Source: an uncultured Actinomycetes bacterium (lineage in GTDB: Bacteria > Actinomycetota > Thermoleophilia > UBA2241). From it: 64,000 nt of DNA. Where the stretch lies: contig CAVRZA010000002.1 in the NCBI GenBank assembly GCA_963725665.1, forward strand, positions 224,001-288,000, written 5' to 3'. Position numbers and translations under genes: made by a program. Below the pieces are notes generated by a model. That model had not been told where the DNA came from. It saw only the letters and a program-made list of their open reading frames with translations, and did no database searches. Shown in pieces: positions 41,480 through 50,089 of this stretch (its first letter is position 1; every line of letters begins with the position of its first letter).

Positions 41480-42994
41480 ATGGCCGGGAGGCCCATCATG
41501 GTCAACGACCCACGCGCCGACTCGTACATCCGCGACGACATCGAGCTGCCGGCCGGCGAGTACCGCGACGGCGAGATCATCGACGGCGGCCGCTCGCGTG
41601 TCGAGAGCGACGCCATGGGCCAGGTGCGGGTGCCGGCCGAGCGTCTCTGGGGAGCGCAGACGCAGCGAGCGCTGAAGCACTTCGCCATCGGCGACGGTCG
41701 CCTGCCGTTGGCCGTCTACCGCGCCTACGGCCAGGTCAAGAAGGCGGCGGCGATGGTCAACCGCGACGAGGGCGGGCTGGCGCCCGACAAGGCGCGGTCC
41801 ATCATCGCCGCCGCCGACGAGGTCATCGACGGCCGGCTCGACGCCGAGTTCCCCCTCTTCGTGGCCCAGAGCGGCTCAGGGACGCAGACCAACATGAACG
41901 TCAACGAGGTGATCGCCAACCGGGCCATCCAGCTCGCCGGAGGGGTGCCGGGGACGAAGCGGCCGGTGCATCCCAACGACGACGTCAACATGTCGCAGTC
42001 GACCAACGACACCTTCGTCACGGCGATGCACGTGGCGACCGTGCTCGAGCTCGAGGACGAACTGCTTCCCCAAGTCGAGGCGCTCGCCGACGCGCTGTGG
42101 GCGAAGGCGGTGACCTGGGTCGACGTGGTGAAGATCGGCCGCACGCACTTGCAGGACGCGACGCCGCTCACCGTGGGGCAGGAGTGGTCGGGCTACGCGG
42201 TCCAGCTGCGCGACGCCCTCGGGCGGGTGCGCGCGGCGCTGGCCGGTCTCTACCCGCTCGCCGCGGGGGGTACGGCAGTGGGCACGGGCATCAACGCCCC
42301 GCCCGGGTTCGGGCAGGCCATCGCCGCGCGCCTCGCCGAGCTGACCGGTCGGCCCTTCGTGACGGCGCCCAACAAGTTCGCCGCGCAGGGTTCGCTCGAC
42401 GCCATGGTGGCGTCGAGCGCCGCCCTGCGCGGCCTCGCCGTGGCGCTCTACAAGGTCGCCAACGACCTGCGCTGGCTGGCCTGCGGACCGCGAGCGGGCC
42501 TACATGAGCTGCGGCTGCCCGAGAACGAGCCCGGGTCCTCCATCATGCCCGGCAAGGTCAATCCCTCCCAGGAGGAGGCCACGATGATGGCCTGCGTCGA
42601 GGTCATGGGTCTCGACGCGGCCACCGCTTTCGCCGGTTCTCAGGGCAACTTCGAGCTCAACGTGATGCGCCCGCTGGTCGCCGACAACGTGCTGCGCTCC
42701 GCGCGTCTGCTGGCCGACGCCTGCGACAAGCTGCGTCGCTTCAGCGTCGAGGGCGCGGAGATCGATCGGGCGCACATCGACCAGCACGTGCAGAGATCGC
42801 TCATGCTCGTCACGGCGCTCAGCCCCGTGATCGGCTACGACAAGGCAACGGAGATCGCCCACAAGGCCCATGAAGAGGGAACGACATTGCGCGAGGCGGC
42901 TCTTTCGACGGGATATGTGACGGCTGAGGAGTTCGACCGCACCGTCGTGCCCGCGCGCATGGTCGGTGACCCGCACAAGGACCTGGGCGCGTAG
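41480..42994 (+). CDS. fumC: class II fumarate hydratase
   Basis: GSGTQTNMNVNEV, HPNDDVNMSQS, KIGRTHLQDATP, GSSIMPGKVNP. Confidence 0.92.
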   Translation: MAGRPIMVNDPRADSYIRDDIELPAGEYRDGEIIDGGRSRVESDAMGQVRVPAERLWGAQTQRALKHFAIGDGRLPLAVYRAYGQVKKAAAMVNRDEGGLAPDKARSIIAAADEVIDGRLDAEFPLFVAQSGSGTQTNMNVNEVIANRAIQLAGGVPGTKRPVHPNDDVNMSQSTNDTFVTAMHVATVLELEDELLPQVEALADALWAKAVTWVDVVKIGRTHLQDATPLTVGQEWSGYAVQLRDALGRVRAALAGLYPLAAGGTAVGTGINAPPGFGQAIAARLAELTGRPFVTAPNKFAAQGSLDAMVASSAALRGLAVALYKVANDLRWLACGPRAGLHELRLPENEPGSSIMPGKVNPSQEEATMMACVEVMGLDAATAFAGSQGNFELNVMRPLVADNVLRSARLLADACDKLRRFSVEGAEIDRAHIDQHVQRSLMLVTALSPVIGYDKATEIAHKAHEEGTTLREAALSTGYVTAEEFDRTVVPARMVGDPHKDLGA

Positions 42995-43011
42995 GTCGGG
43001 CGAGTAGCGTC

Positions 43012-43704
43012 TTAGGACTCCGCTTCGGGGTCCCAGTCGCCGTCTGGGATCGCCGCGATGCCTTGCGCGAAGCCTTCCCATGCCTCGCTCAGCAGGCCGA
43101 TCGCGTGCTCCACGTCACCCGCTTCAAAAGCGTCGACGATGGCTCCGTGGAGGCGGACCGAGTCCGCCGTGTAGGCGTCGGGGTACTGGAGTCGTATGAG
43201 GCGGTGGACTCGGCTCAGGTACGACGCCATGAGCTCCATGAGGTGTTCGCTCCCGGCTCGTCGCACGAGCACGGTGTGCAGACGGGCGGTGGCGTCGGCG
43301 GCGCCGTCGAGGTCGCTGGTCTCGATGGCCTCGGCGAGCTCGCGCCTCGCAGCGCGCATCTCGCGGATGTCCAGCTCGGTGAGGTGTGGCGCGCCCCATC
43401 TGTAGGCGGTGTCGACCAGCACCCCGTAGACGCGCACTAGGTCGATGGCGCCCTGCATGGTCAGGGGCGCCACCATCGCGGGCCGGTTGGCGCGCCTGAC
43501 GACGAGGCCCTCACCGGCGAGGATCGCCAAAGCCTCGCGGATCGGCGTGCTACTCACGGCGAGCCACTCCCCAAGTTCGTCCACGACGAGGGACTCGCCC
43601 GGCAAAAGGACGCCGCTGATGATGGCTTCGCGCAGCGTCACCAGCACGTCCTCGTGGACTCCGGCCCGCTCCGGCCTTCTCCGTGTCCGTTTCGGGATCG
43701 GCAT
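43012..43704 (-). CDS. GntR (FCD) family regulator
   Basis: LREAIISGVLLPGE...VSSTPIREALAIL. Confidence 0.88.
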   Translation of the reverse strand: MPIPKRTRRRPERAGVHEDVLVTLREAIISGVLLPGESLVVDELGEWLAVSSTPIREALAILAGEGLVVRRANRPAMVAPLTMQGAIDLVRVYGVLVDTAYRWGAPHLTELDIREMRAARRELAEAIETSDLDGAADATARLHTVLVRRAGSEHLMELMASYLSRVHRLIRLQYPDAYTADSVRLHGAIVDAFEAGDVEHAIGLLSEAWEGFAQGIAAIPDGDWDPEAES

Positions 43705-43866
43705 GGTTCCCCCGTGCGCCCGCCGCCGCTTCGATTTCACGGCGGAGCATAGTACTTTCCGCCGTCCGGCTCACGTTCCGGCTCCGTCTGGCTGCGATCA
43801 GTGGGAGCGGCGGCGGCCCACGCTGGGGTAGACTGCCACGGTGAGTCCCGCACGAGAGGACGGAAG

Positions 43867-45210
43867 TTGCGGATCTGGGACGTCCCCAACGAGACCATGG
43901 CGAGGCCGGAGCTCGAGGCGCTGCAGTTGGAGCGGCTCAAGCGCACGGTGGCCTACGTCTGCGACCGGGTACCGACGTACCGGCGCAAGCTCGACGAGGC
44001 CGGGCTGACACCGGCGAGCGTCCGCAGCCTGGCCGACCTGCGCCGGTTGCCGTTCATGACGAAGGACGACTTCCACGACAACTACCCCTACGGCCTGTTC
44101 GCCGTGCCACTGCGCGAGGTCGTGCGCATCCACTCCTCCTCGGGCACCATCGGCAAGCCGGTGGTGACGGGCTACACAGCCAACGACCTCGACACCTGGG
44201 CGGAGCTCACCGCGCGCCTCGTCACCGCCGCCGGGGTGACCGCGGACGACGTGGCCCAGGTCGCCTTCAGCTACGGCATGTTCACCGGTGGCTTCGGCCT
44301 CCACTACGGCCTCGAGCGGGTAGGCGCGACGGTCGTGCCCCACTCCCCCGGCAATACCAGCCGCCAACTCCAGTTCATGCGCGACTTCGGCGCGACCGTG
44401 CTCGTGGCGACGCCGTCCTACGCGCTCTTCCTGGGTGAGATGCTCGACAGGCGTGGCGTCGACCGCTCGCGTCTGAAGCTCCGTATCGGGCTCTTCGGAG
44501 CCGAGGCGTGCAGCGAATCGATGCGCCGCCAGATCGAGTCTCGTCTGCCGATCTCGGCCACCGACAACTACGGGCTCACCGAGGTCATCGGTCCCGGCGT
44601 CGCCGGGGAGTGTGAGCTCAAGACCGGCATGCACGTCTCCGAGGACCACTTCATCGTCGAGGTCGTCGACCCCGAGAGCGGAGAGCCGGTGGAGGAGGGC
44701 GAGCTCGGCGAGCTGGTGTTCACCTCGCTGAGCAAGGAGGCTTGCCCCGTCCTGCGCTACCGCACGCGCGACCTCTCGACGCTCACCTCCGAGCCCTGTG
44801 CCTGCGGGCGCTCCACCGCCCGCATCGGCAAATTCCGCGGGCGCACGGACGACATGTTCGTCATCAGCGGCGTGAACATCTTCCCCTCGACCATCGAGGG
44901 CATCCTCTTCGAGATCGAGGGCGTGGAGCCCCACTACCAGATCGTCCTGCGTCGCAAGAACGGCCTCGACAGCTTCGAGGTGCGGGTCGAGGTCACCGAG
45001 GAGCTGTTCGACGGCTGGCAGGACGACCTGGTGGCCTTCGAGCGCAAGATCGCCGACGAGCTGCGCTCGGAGCTGCTCGTGCGGCCCAGGGTGAAGCTGG
45101 TCGAGCCCGGGTCGCTCGAGCGTTCGACGGGCAAATCGCGGCGCGTCGTGGACCTGCGTGAGGGTGGGGAGGAGGCGCCGGCGGCGGCGCAGCCGCCCGA
45201 CGGCGCCTAG
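43867..45210 (+). CDS. paaK: phenylacetate-CoA ligase family protein
   Basis: RIHSSSGTIGKP, YGMFTGGFGLHYG, YGLTEVIGPGV, RYRTRDL, GRTDDM. Confidence 0.88.
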   Translation: MRIWDVPNETMARPELEALQLERLKRTVAYVCDRVPTYRRKLDEAGLTPASVRSLADLRRLPFMTKDDFHDNYPYGLFAVPLREVVRIHSSSGTIGKPVVTGYTANDLDTWAELTARLVTAAGVTADDVAQVAFSYGMFTGGFGLHYGLERVGATVVPHSPGNTSRQLQFMRDFGATVLVATPSYALFLGEMLDRRGVDRSRLKLRIGLFGAEACSESMRRQIESRLPISATDNYGLTEVIGPGVAGECELKTGMHVSEDHFIVEVVDPESGEPVEEGELGELVFTSLSKEACPVLRYRTRDLSTLTSEPCACGRSTARIGKFRGRTDDMFVISGVNIFPSTIEGILFEIEGVEPHYQIVLRRKNGLDSFEVRVEVTEELFDGWQDDLVAFERKIADELRSELLVRPRVKLVEPGSLERSTGKSRRVVDLREGGEEAPAAAQPPDGA

Positions 45211-45246
45211 ACGGCCGGCGACGAGAGCGGCGCAGGGCGCGACGGC

Positions 45247-46179
45247 ATGCCCGAGCTCCCCGAGGCCGAGGTCGCGCGCGCGACGCTGGCGCCCCACGTG
45301 GTGGGCCGGCGCATCGAAGAGGTCGTCTTGCGCATGCCGAGTCGCGTCAGGCGGCCCTTCAAGCTGCCGCGCGACGAAGACGAGCGCGCCCTTGCGGGCT
45401 TCGTCGCCGGCCTGCAGGGCCGCCTGATCACGGGCGTGGAGCGCCGCGGCAAGGGACTGCTCTTCGCCCTCGATGACGGCCAGGCGCTCGACTTCAACTT
45501 CGGCCTCTGGGCGAGCGTCACCTTGCGCGAGCGCCTGCCCGACACGGGCGAGAGCCTCGATCCTCCGGTGAAGAGGCTTGGCCTCGCGCTACGGCCGTCG
45601 CAGGGCGCAACTGGAGAGGGCCTCGCCACGGACGGTCGCACAAGGGAGGCCGGGCCGGACAGTGATGGGGCGCCGCGGCCGTGGCTCGTCTTCGCCGACA
45701 TCACCTTCTCGACCTACGGGCTCGCGGTCTACGCGCCGCCGCCAGGCCCTCCGCCGTACGACGCTCTCGATCTGGCGCTCACACCCATCTTGCTCGCCGA
45801 GCTCGCCGGCCGCGCCTCGCGGCGGTCGGGCGAGCTCAAGCCCTTCCTCATGGACGAGCGCCTGCTTCTCGGCGTCGGCAACGGCTACGCCGACGAGATC
45901 CTGTGGCGCGCGCGCCTGCACCCGCGCCGGCTCGTGACCGGCCTCGGTGAGATGGAGTGGGGGACGCTGCTCGCCGCCCTGCGCGACGTCCTCTACGAGG
46001 CCGTCGCGCAGGGCGGCGAGCCCGACTTCCTTGATGCCGAGTGCCGCCGGGGGCGTTTCGAGAGGCGCATCCACCACCACGCGGGCGATCCCTGCCCACG
46101 CTGTGGAGCGGCCCTCGCCGGCTACGCGCGCTCGGGCCGCGAGACGGACTTCTGTCCCGTCTGTCAGGCGCGGGTGTAG
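45247..46179 (+). CDS. Fpg/Nei family DNA glycosylase (divergent)
   Basis: MPELPE, RRGKGL, GVGNGYADEIL, CPRCG...CPVCQ zinc finger. Confidence 0.85.
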   Translation: MPELPEAEVARATLAPHVVGRRIEEVVLRMPSRVRRPFKLPRDEDERALAGFVAGLQGRLITGVERRGKGLLFALDDGQALDFNFGLWASVTLRERLPDTGESLDPPVKRLGLALRPSQGATGEGLATDGRTREAGPDSDGAPRPWLVFADITFSTYGLAVYAPPPGPPPYDALDLALTPILLAELAGRASRRSGELKPFLMDERLLLGVGNGYADEILWRARLHPRRLVTGLGEMEWGTLLAALRDVLYEAVAQGGEPDFLDAECRRGRFERRIHHHAGDPCPRCGAALAGYARSGRETDFCPVCQARV

Positions 46180-46360
46180 GCCGGGCGGGCAAGGCTTCGG
46201 GCCCTTTTTGGTGAGGCAGAAGGACCCGAAACTGCCGCTGGTGGTGTGACTCTTGCCGGCACGGCGGAGGTTCCTTCCCTTGACCCTCCGCTCCCCTCTC
46301 CTGCCGGGTCTGACGCTCTCAGGTATCGGGGGCGCGCGCCGGAACCTGCATAGAACGGAT

Positions 46361-46432
46361 GTCTACCCGTCGCGCGCAGAGCGCGCGCGCCGCGAGGTCT
46401 ACTCTTCGCGCACAGAGCGCGCGCGCCGTGAG
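46361..46432. repeat. 36-bp tandem duplication covering the stop of the SDH protease gene
   Basis: GTCTACCCGTCGCGCGCAGAGCGCGCGCGCCGCGAG / GTCTACTCTTCGCGCACAGAGCGCGCGCGCCGTGAG. Confidence 0.7.
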
Positions 46433-47256
46433 GTCTTCTCGTCCTTCGAGGGCGAGGGCAGCGGCACGTAGAAGACCGAGGGACGGCGCCGCGGCGGCTG
46501 CGGGAAGAGGCGCATGAGGTGGTAGAACTCCTGCGGCATGTCCGTGCTCACGTCGAGACCCAGGGCCCGGGCCTGATCGACGGTGATGGGAAAGTCGTGC
46601 GTCCAGCGTCCCTCGGTGAGCGTGCGCGCCAGCCGCTCCGCGTCGGCCTTGGGCAGCCGCTCGTTGAGGATGGCCGTCACCGTCTCGGTCATCTGATCGA
46701 TCGCCTTGCGACTCACGTCGGCCAGGATGAGCGTGTCGTCGTCTACCTCGTTGCGGTCCTTCTCGGCGACGGCGGCGAGGATGGAGGCGGCGGGGTACCT
46801 GCCCACCTGCGGGTCGACGGGTCCCAGCACCGCGTTGGGGTCCATGACGATGGCGTCGGCCGCCAGGGCGAGCAGCGTGCCGCCCGACATGGCGTAGTGG
46901 GGCACGAAGATCGTCACCGGCGCAGGGTGGCGGAGCAGGGCGAAGGCGATCTGCTCGGTGGCCAGCACGAGACCGCCCGGCGTGTGCACGATGAAATCGA
47001 TGGGCACGTCGGGCGGTGTCAGGCGGATCGCTCTCAGGATCTCCTCGGAGTCGGCGATGTCGATGTAGCGGAAGACGGGCAGACCGAGCAGGGCCATGAC
47101 CTCCTGGCGGTGGATGAGGCTGACGACGCGGGTGCCGCGCGCCTTCTGGATGGCCGCCATGGTGCGCGAACGGCGCAGGTCCATCAGCTTGAGCTGCACG
47201 ATCGGTGACAGCGCGAGGATGACGAGGAAGATGAAGAGCAGGTCGACGACACTCAT
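46399..47256 (-). CDS. SDH family Clp-fold serine protease
   Basis: LIHRQE, HTPGGLVLA, PHYAMSGGTLLALAAD, LGPVDPQ, WTHDFPI. Confidence 0.88.
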   Translation of the reverse strand: MSVVDLLFIFLVILALSPIVQLKLMDLRRSRTMAAIQKARGTRVVSLIHRQEVMALLGLPVFRYIDIADSEEILRAIRLTPPDVPIDFIVHTPGGLVLATEQIAFALLRHPAPVTIFVPHYAMSGGTLLALAADAIVMDPNAVLGPVDPQVGRYPAASILAAVAEKDRNEVDDDTLILADVSRKAIDQMTETVTAILNERLPKADAERLARTLTEGRWTHDFPITVDQARALGLDVSTDMPQEFYHLMRLFPQPPRRRPSVFYVPLPSPSKDEKTSRRARSVREE

Positions 47257-47412
47257 GGGGCCACGCCTCGCGTCACGACGCTCACTTCGTAGCTGGCGTC
47301 AGAATGGTATCACCCGCACCCGGCGGGCAAACGTCGACGACACGGCGTGGCGGGCCTCCGACCCCGACGCCAACGACACATGCCGGCCGCGGTCGGGCCT
47401 GACGGAAGACGA

Positions 47413-49464
47413 TCAGACTGTCACGCGGATGAGCTCGAGATAGCTCGTGACGCCCTCGAGCACCTTGCGCATGCCGTCTTGGCGGATGCTTTCGACGCCG
47501 GCCGCGCGTGCAGCGCGAGCCAGCTCGACGAGCGAGGCATTGCGGGCCACCATCTCACGCATCTCCTCGTCGATCGGCATCACCTCATAGAGGCCGACGC
47601 GGCCCAGGTAGCCGGTGCCGAAGCATTTGCGGCAGCCGACCGGTGCCCAGACCTCCATGACGGCGGCGGGCGCCGCTCCGAGGCCCAGCCCCTGCCAGGT
47701 CTCGGCCGCGAGGAGCTCGCGCTTGCGGCAGTGTCTGCAGAGGCGGCGCACGAGGCGCTGGGCGACGATGCAGCGGAAGGCGGCGGCAACAAGGTAGGGG
47801 GGCACGCCCATCTCGATGAGGCGGCCGATCGAGGACGGCGCGTCGCTCGTGTGCAACGTCGTGAACACGAGGTGACCTGTCACAGCAGCGTCGGCCGCCA
47901 TCTTGGCCGTCTCGAGGTCGCGCACCTCGCCGACCATGATGACGTCGGGGTCGGCGCGCACGAGAGAACGCAGCGCGCGGGCGAACGTGAGCCCGATGGC
48001 TGGCATGACTTCGGTCTGCACGATCCCCTGCAGCTTGCGCTCGACGGGGTCCTCGACGGTGTAGATCTTCGTCTCCGGCCGCTTGATGAGCTCGAGCGTG
48101 GTGTAGAGGGTTGTCGACTTGCCGCAACCCGTAGGGCCGCAGATGATCACGCCTCCGTCGGGCTTGGCGATGGCCTCCTCGTAGCGCTGCAGACCGTCGC
48201 CGCTGAAGCCCAGCGAGCCGAGGGTGGGCGGCAGGGGCGAGACCTCGAGCACGCGGACGGTGAGGTTCTCGCCGAAGAGGCTCGGGATCGACGCCAGGCG
48301 CAGGTCGACCACGTCGCCGTCCGGGGTCTCGAGCGATACGCGACCGTCCTGCGGCAGGCGACGCTCGGCGATGTTCATGTCGCCCATGATCTTCACACGA
48401 CTGATGATCCCCGGCACGAGCTGAGCGGGGTATTCGCGCAGGTCGTGCAGCACACCGTCGATGCGACAGCGCACGTGTAGCGTCTCCTCTCGCGGTTCGA
48501 GGTGGATGTCGGACGCTTTCATGCTCACGGCGTCGTAGATGAGCTCGTCGACGATCTCGATGATCGACGTGTCCTGGGCGAGAGCCACGTCGTCGGCCGG
48601 TTTGACCGGCTCGCCCCCGCCGGTCTCCCTGAGCTTGCCGCGGGCGGTGAGGTGGAGTGTGACGGCTTCGTCGAAGGCCGACTCCCCGCAGATCGCGGCC
48701 TTCACCGCCCGCTTCGTGCGCAGCCGTATCTCATCGAGCGTCACCACGTCGAGAGGGTCGGTCATGGCGATCACGAGGGTGCCGTCGTCGTCGAGGCGGA
48801 AGGGCAGCAGGCGGTGACGGATGATGAAGTCGCGCGGCAACAGGCCGATGGCGGCCGGGCTGGGCGAGACCTGGCTCAGATCGGCGATCTCAAGATGAAG
48901 CTGCCCCGCCAGAGCGCGCACGAGGTCGGTCTCGGAGACGAAGGAGTCGCGGACCAGCACCTCGCCCAAGCGCCGACCGTCGGCCTTCTGGCGGGCGAGC
49001 GCCGACTCGAGCTGGGGCTGGTCGAGGAGGCCGCTGGCGACCAGCAGCGCGCCGAGCTTGAGGCGCCCCGCGTTCCTCTGGCGCCGGCGGTCGGTGGCCG
49101 CTCGCAGCTTCTCGCGCAGCTCGTCGAGCAGGAAGGGTTTGGTGACGAAGTCGGCGGCGCCGTAGCGGTGCGCGATCTCGAACGAGGCGAAGTCTTGCCT
49201 TGCGGAGAGCACGACGAACGGCACGCTGCGGAGCTCGGCGCCGGTCAGGGCGCGCAGGACGGCGTCGCCGTCGAGGTTGCCGAAGCTGACCTCGGTGAGC
49301 ACGACGTCGGGCGGGTTCTCGCGCAGGGTTCGCAGCGCCGCGGCGTTTCCCCGATGGACGTCGACCTCGTAGAGATCGGCGAAGTACTGGGCGAGCTCAT
49401 TGCCCAGATCGGAGTCGTCGTCGATGACGAAGAGACGTTTCTTGGCGGCTTGAGCCAGGGTCAC
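47413..49464 (-). CDS. GspE/PilB-family ATPase with N-terminal receiver and MshEN domains
   Basis: REC (VIDDD...FVTKPF), MshEN (LGALLVASGLL...RLGEVLV), ASDIHLEP, RLPQDG, GPTGCGKST, EDPVE, DPDVIMVGEVRD, TGHLVFTTLH, CRHC/CRKC. Confidence 0.9.
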   Translation of the reverse strand: MTLAQAAKKRLFVIDDDSDLGNELAQYFADLYEVDVHRGNAAALRTLRENPPDVVLTEVSFGNLDGDAVLRALTGAELRSVPFVVLSARQDFASFEIAHRYGAADFVTKPFLLDELREKLRAATDRRRQRNAGRLKLGALLVASGLLDQPQLESALARQKADGRRLGEVLVRDSFVSETDLVRALAGQLHLEIADLSQVSPSPAAIGLLPRDFIIRHRLLPFRLDDDGTLVIAMTDPLDVVTLDEIRLRTKRAVKAAICGESAFDEAVTLHLTARGKLRETGGGEPVKPADDVALAQDTSIIEIVDELIYDAVSMKASDIHLEPREETLHVRCRIDGVLHDLREYPAQLVPGIISRVKIMGDMNIAERRLPQDGRVSLETPDGDVVDLRLASIPSLFGENLTVRVLEVSPLPPTLGSLGFSGDGLQRYEEAIAKPDGGVIICGPTGCGKSTTLYTTLELIKRPETKIYTVEDPVERKLQGIVQTEVMPAIGLTFARALRSLVRADPDVIMVGEVRDLETAKMAADAAVTGHLVFTTLHTSDAPSSIGRLIEMGVPPYLVAAAFRCIVAQRLVRRLCRHCRKRELLAAETWQGLGLGAAPAAVMEVWAPVGCRKCFGTGYLGRVGLYEVMPIDEEMREMVARNASLVELARAARAAGVESIRQDGMRKVLEGVTSYLELIRVTV

Positions 49465-49620
49465 TCCTCGGCCGTTTCATGGAGTCAATCGGTCGCCGCG
49501 ACCATCCGCTTGAGCATCTCCTGCCGCTCCGGGCGGCGGATAGCGGGAGTTGGGGTCGATGGGCGGCTCGCTATGCACCGGCAGGCGACGAAGGCCGGCG
49601 CCGACGGAAGCGAAGTGTGG

Positions 49621-49676
49621 GCGCTGATCGCCGCACAAGCCTAGCCCGCGTGCGCTGATCGCCGGACAAGCCTAGC
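49621..49676. repeat. 25-bp direct repeat, period 31
   Basis: GCGCTGATCGCCGCACAAGCCTAGC (49621) and GCGCTGATCGCCGGACAAGCCTAGC (49652). Confidence 0.75.
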
Positions 49677-49794
49677 TCGGCTCGGTCGGGAGGCCCAAGC
49701 GTTCCGCCCGCGACAGGCGATGACGTTGCCCGCGGCAGAAGGTCGACAAGGGGGGCGGAGTCGTGCGCGCCGTGTCGTGGCTGGGAGATGAGGG

Positions 49795-49988
49795 AGAAAA
49801 CGCCGGGCCGGTTGGGGGGCCTTCATGTGATGCGGGCTCTCGGAAACGGCGGAAGGAACCGGCCCGGCAGGAGAGGGGATGATATTCAGGCCCGAAGGCC
49901 TGGTCCGATATCGCTGCTCCTTTGACCTCCTCACGGAAGACACGAGGAGACGGGCATCGCTCTTGAAATGAACCCGCCTCTCACACCG
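49795..49988 (-). ncRNA. candidate structured sRNA or leader RNA
   Basis: Follows a sigma28-type promoter; several hairpins including CAGGCC-UUCG-GGCCUG; terminal 12-bp stem GCCGGGCCGGUU/AACCGGCCCGGC followed by UUUUCU. Confidence 0.5.
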
Positions 49989-49995
49989 TTAAGTC

Positions 49996-50022
49996 TTGTC
50001 GGCACCGGGGCGGCGGCCTTTA
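49996..50022 (-). promoter_or_regulatory. sigma28/WhiG-type promoter
   Basis: Minus strand TAAA-N15-GCCGACAA versus consensus TAAA-N15-GCCGATAA. Confidence 0.65.
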
Positions 50023-50089
50023 CCCCACGGGCTCAGAGAAGGCGTTGGCAGCCGTGATAACGGCCCGCGAACTGGTAAGCTTCCGCGCG

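Noticed and set aside
49830-49988. Lysine riboswitch, 6S RNA or SRP RNA
   Set aside because: AGAGG...UCAAGAG resembles the lysine aptamer start, but the AGUA, GCCGAA and CUGUC elements are missing. There is no SRP GGAAGGAAGCAG motif and no 6S-like single long rod.
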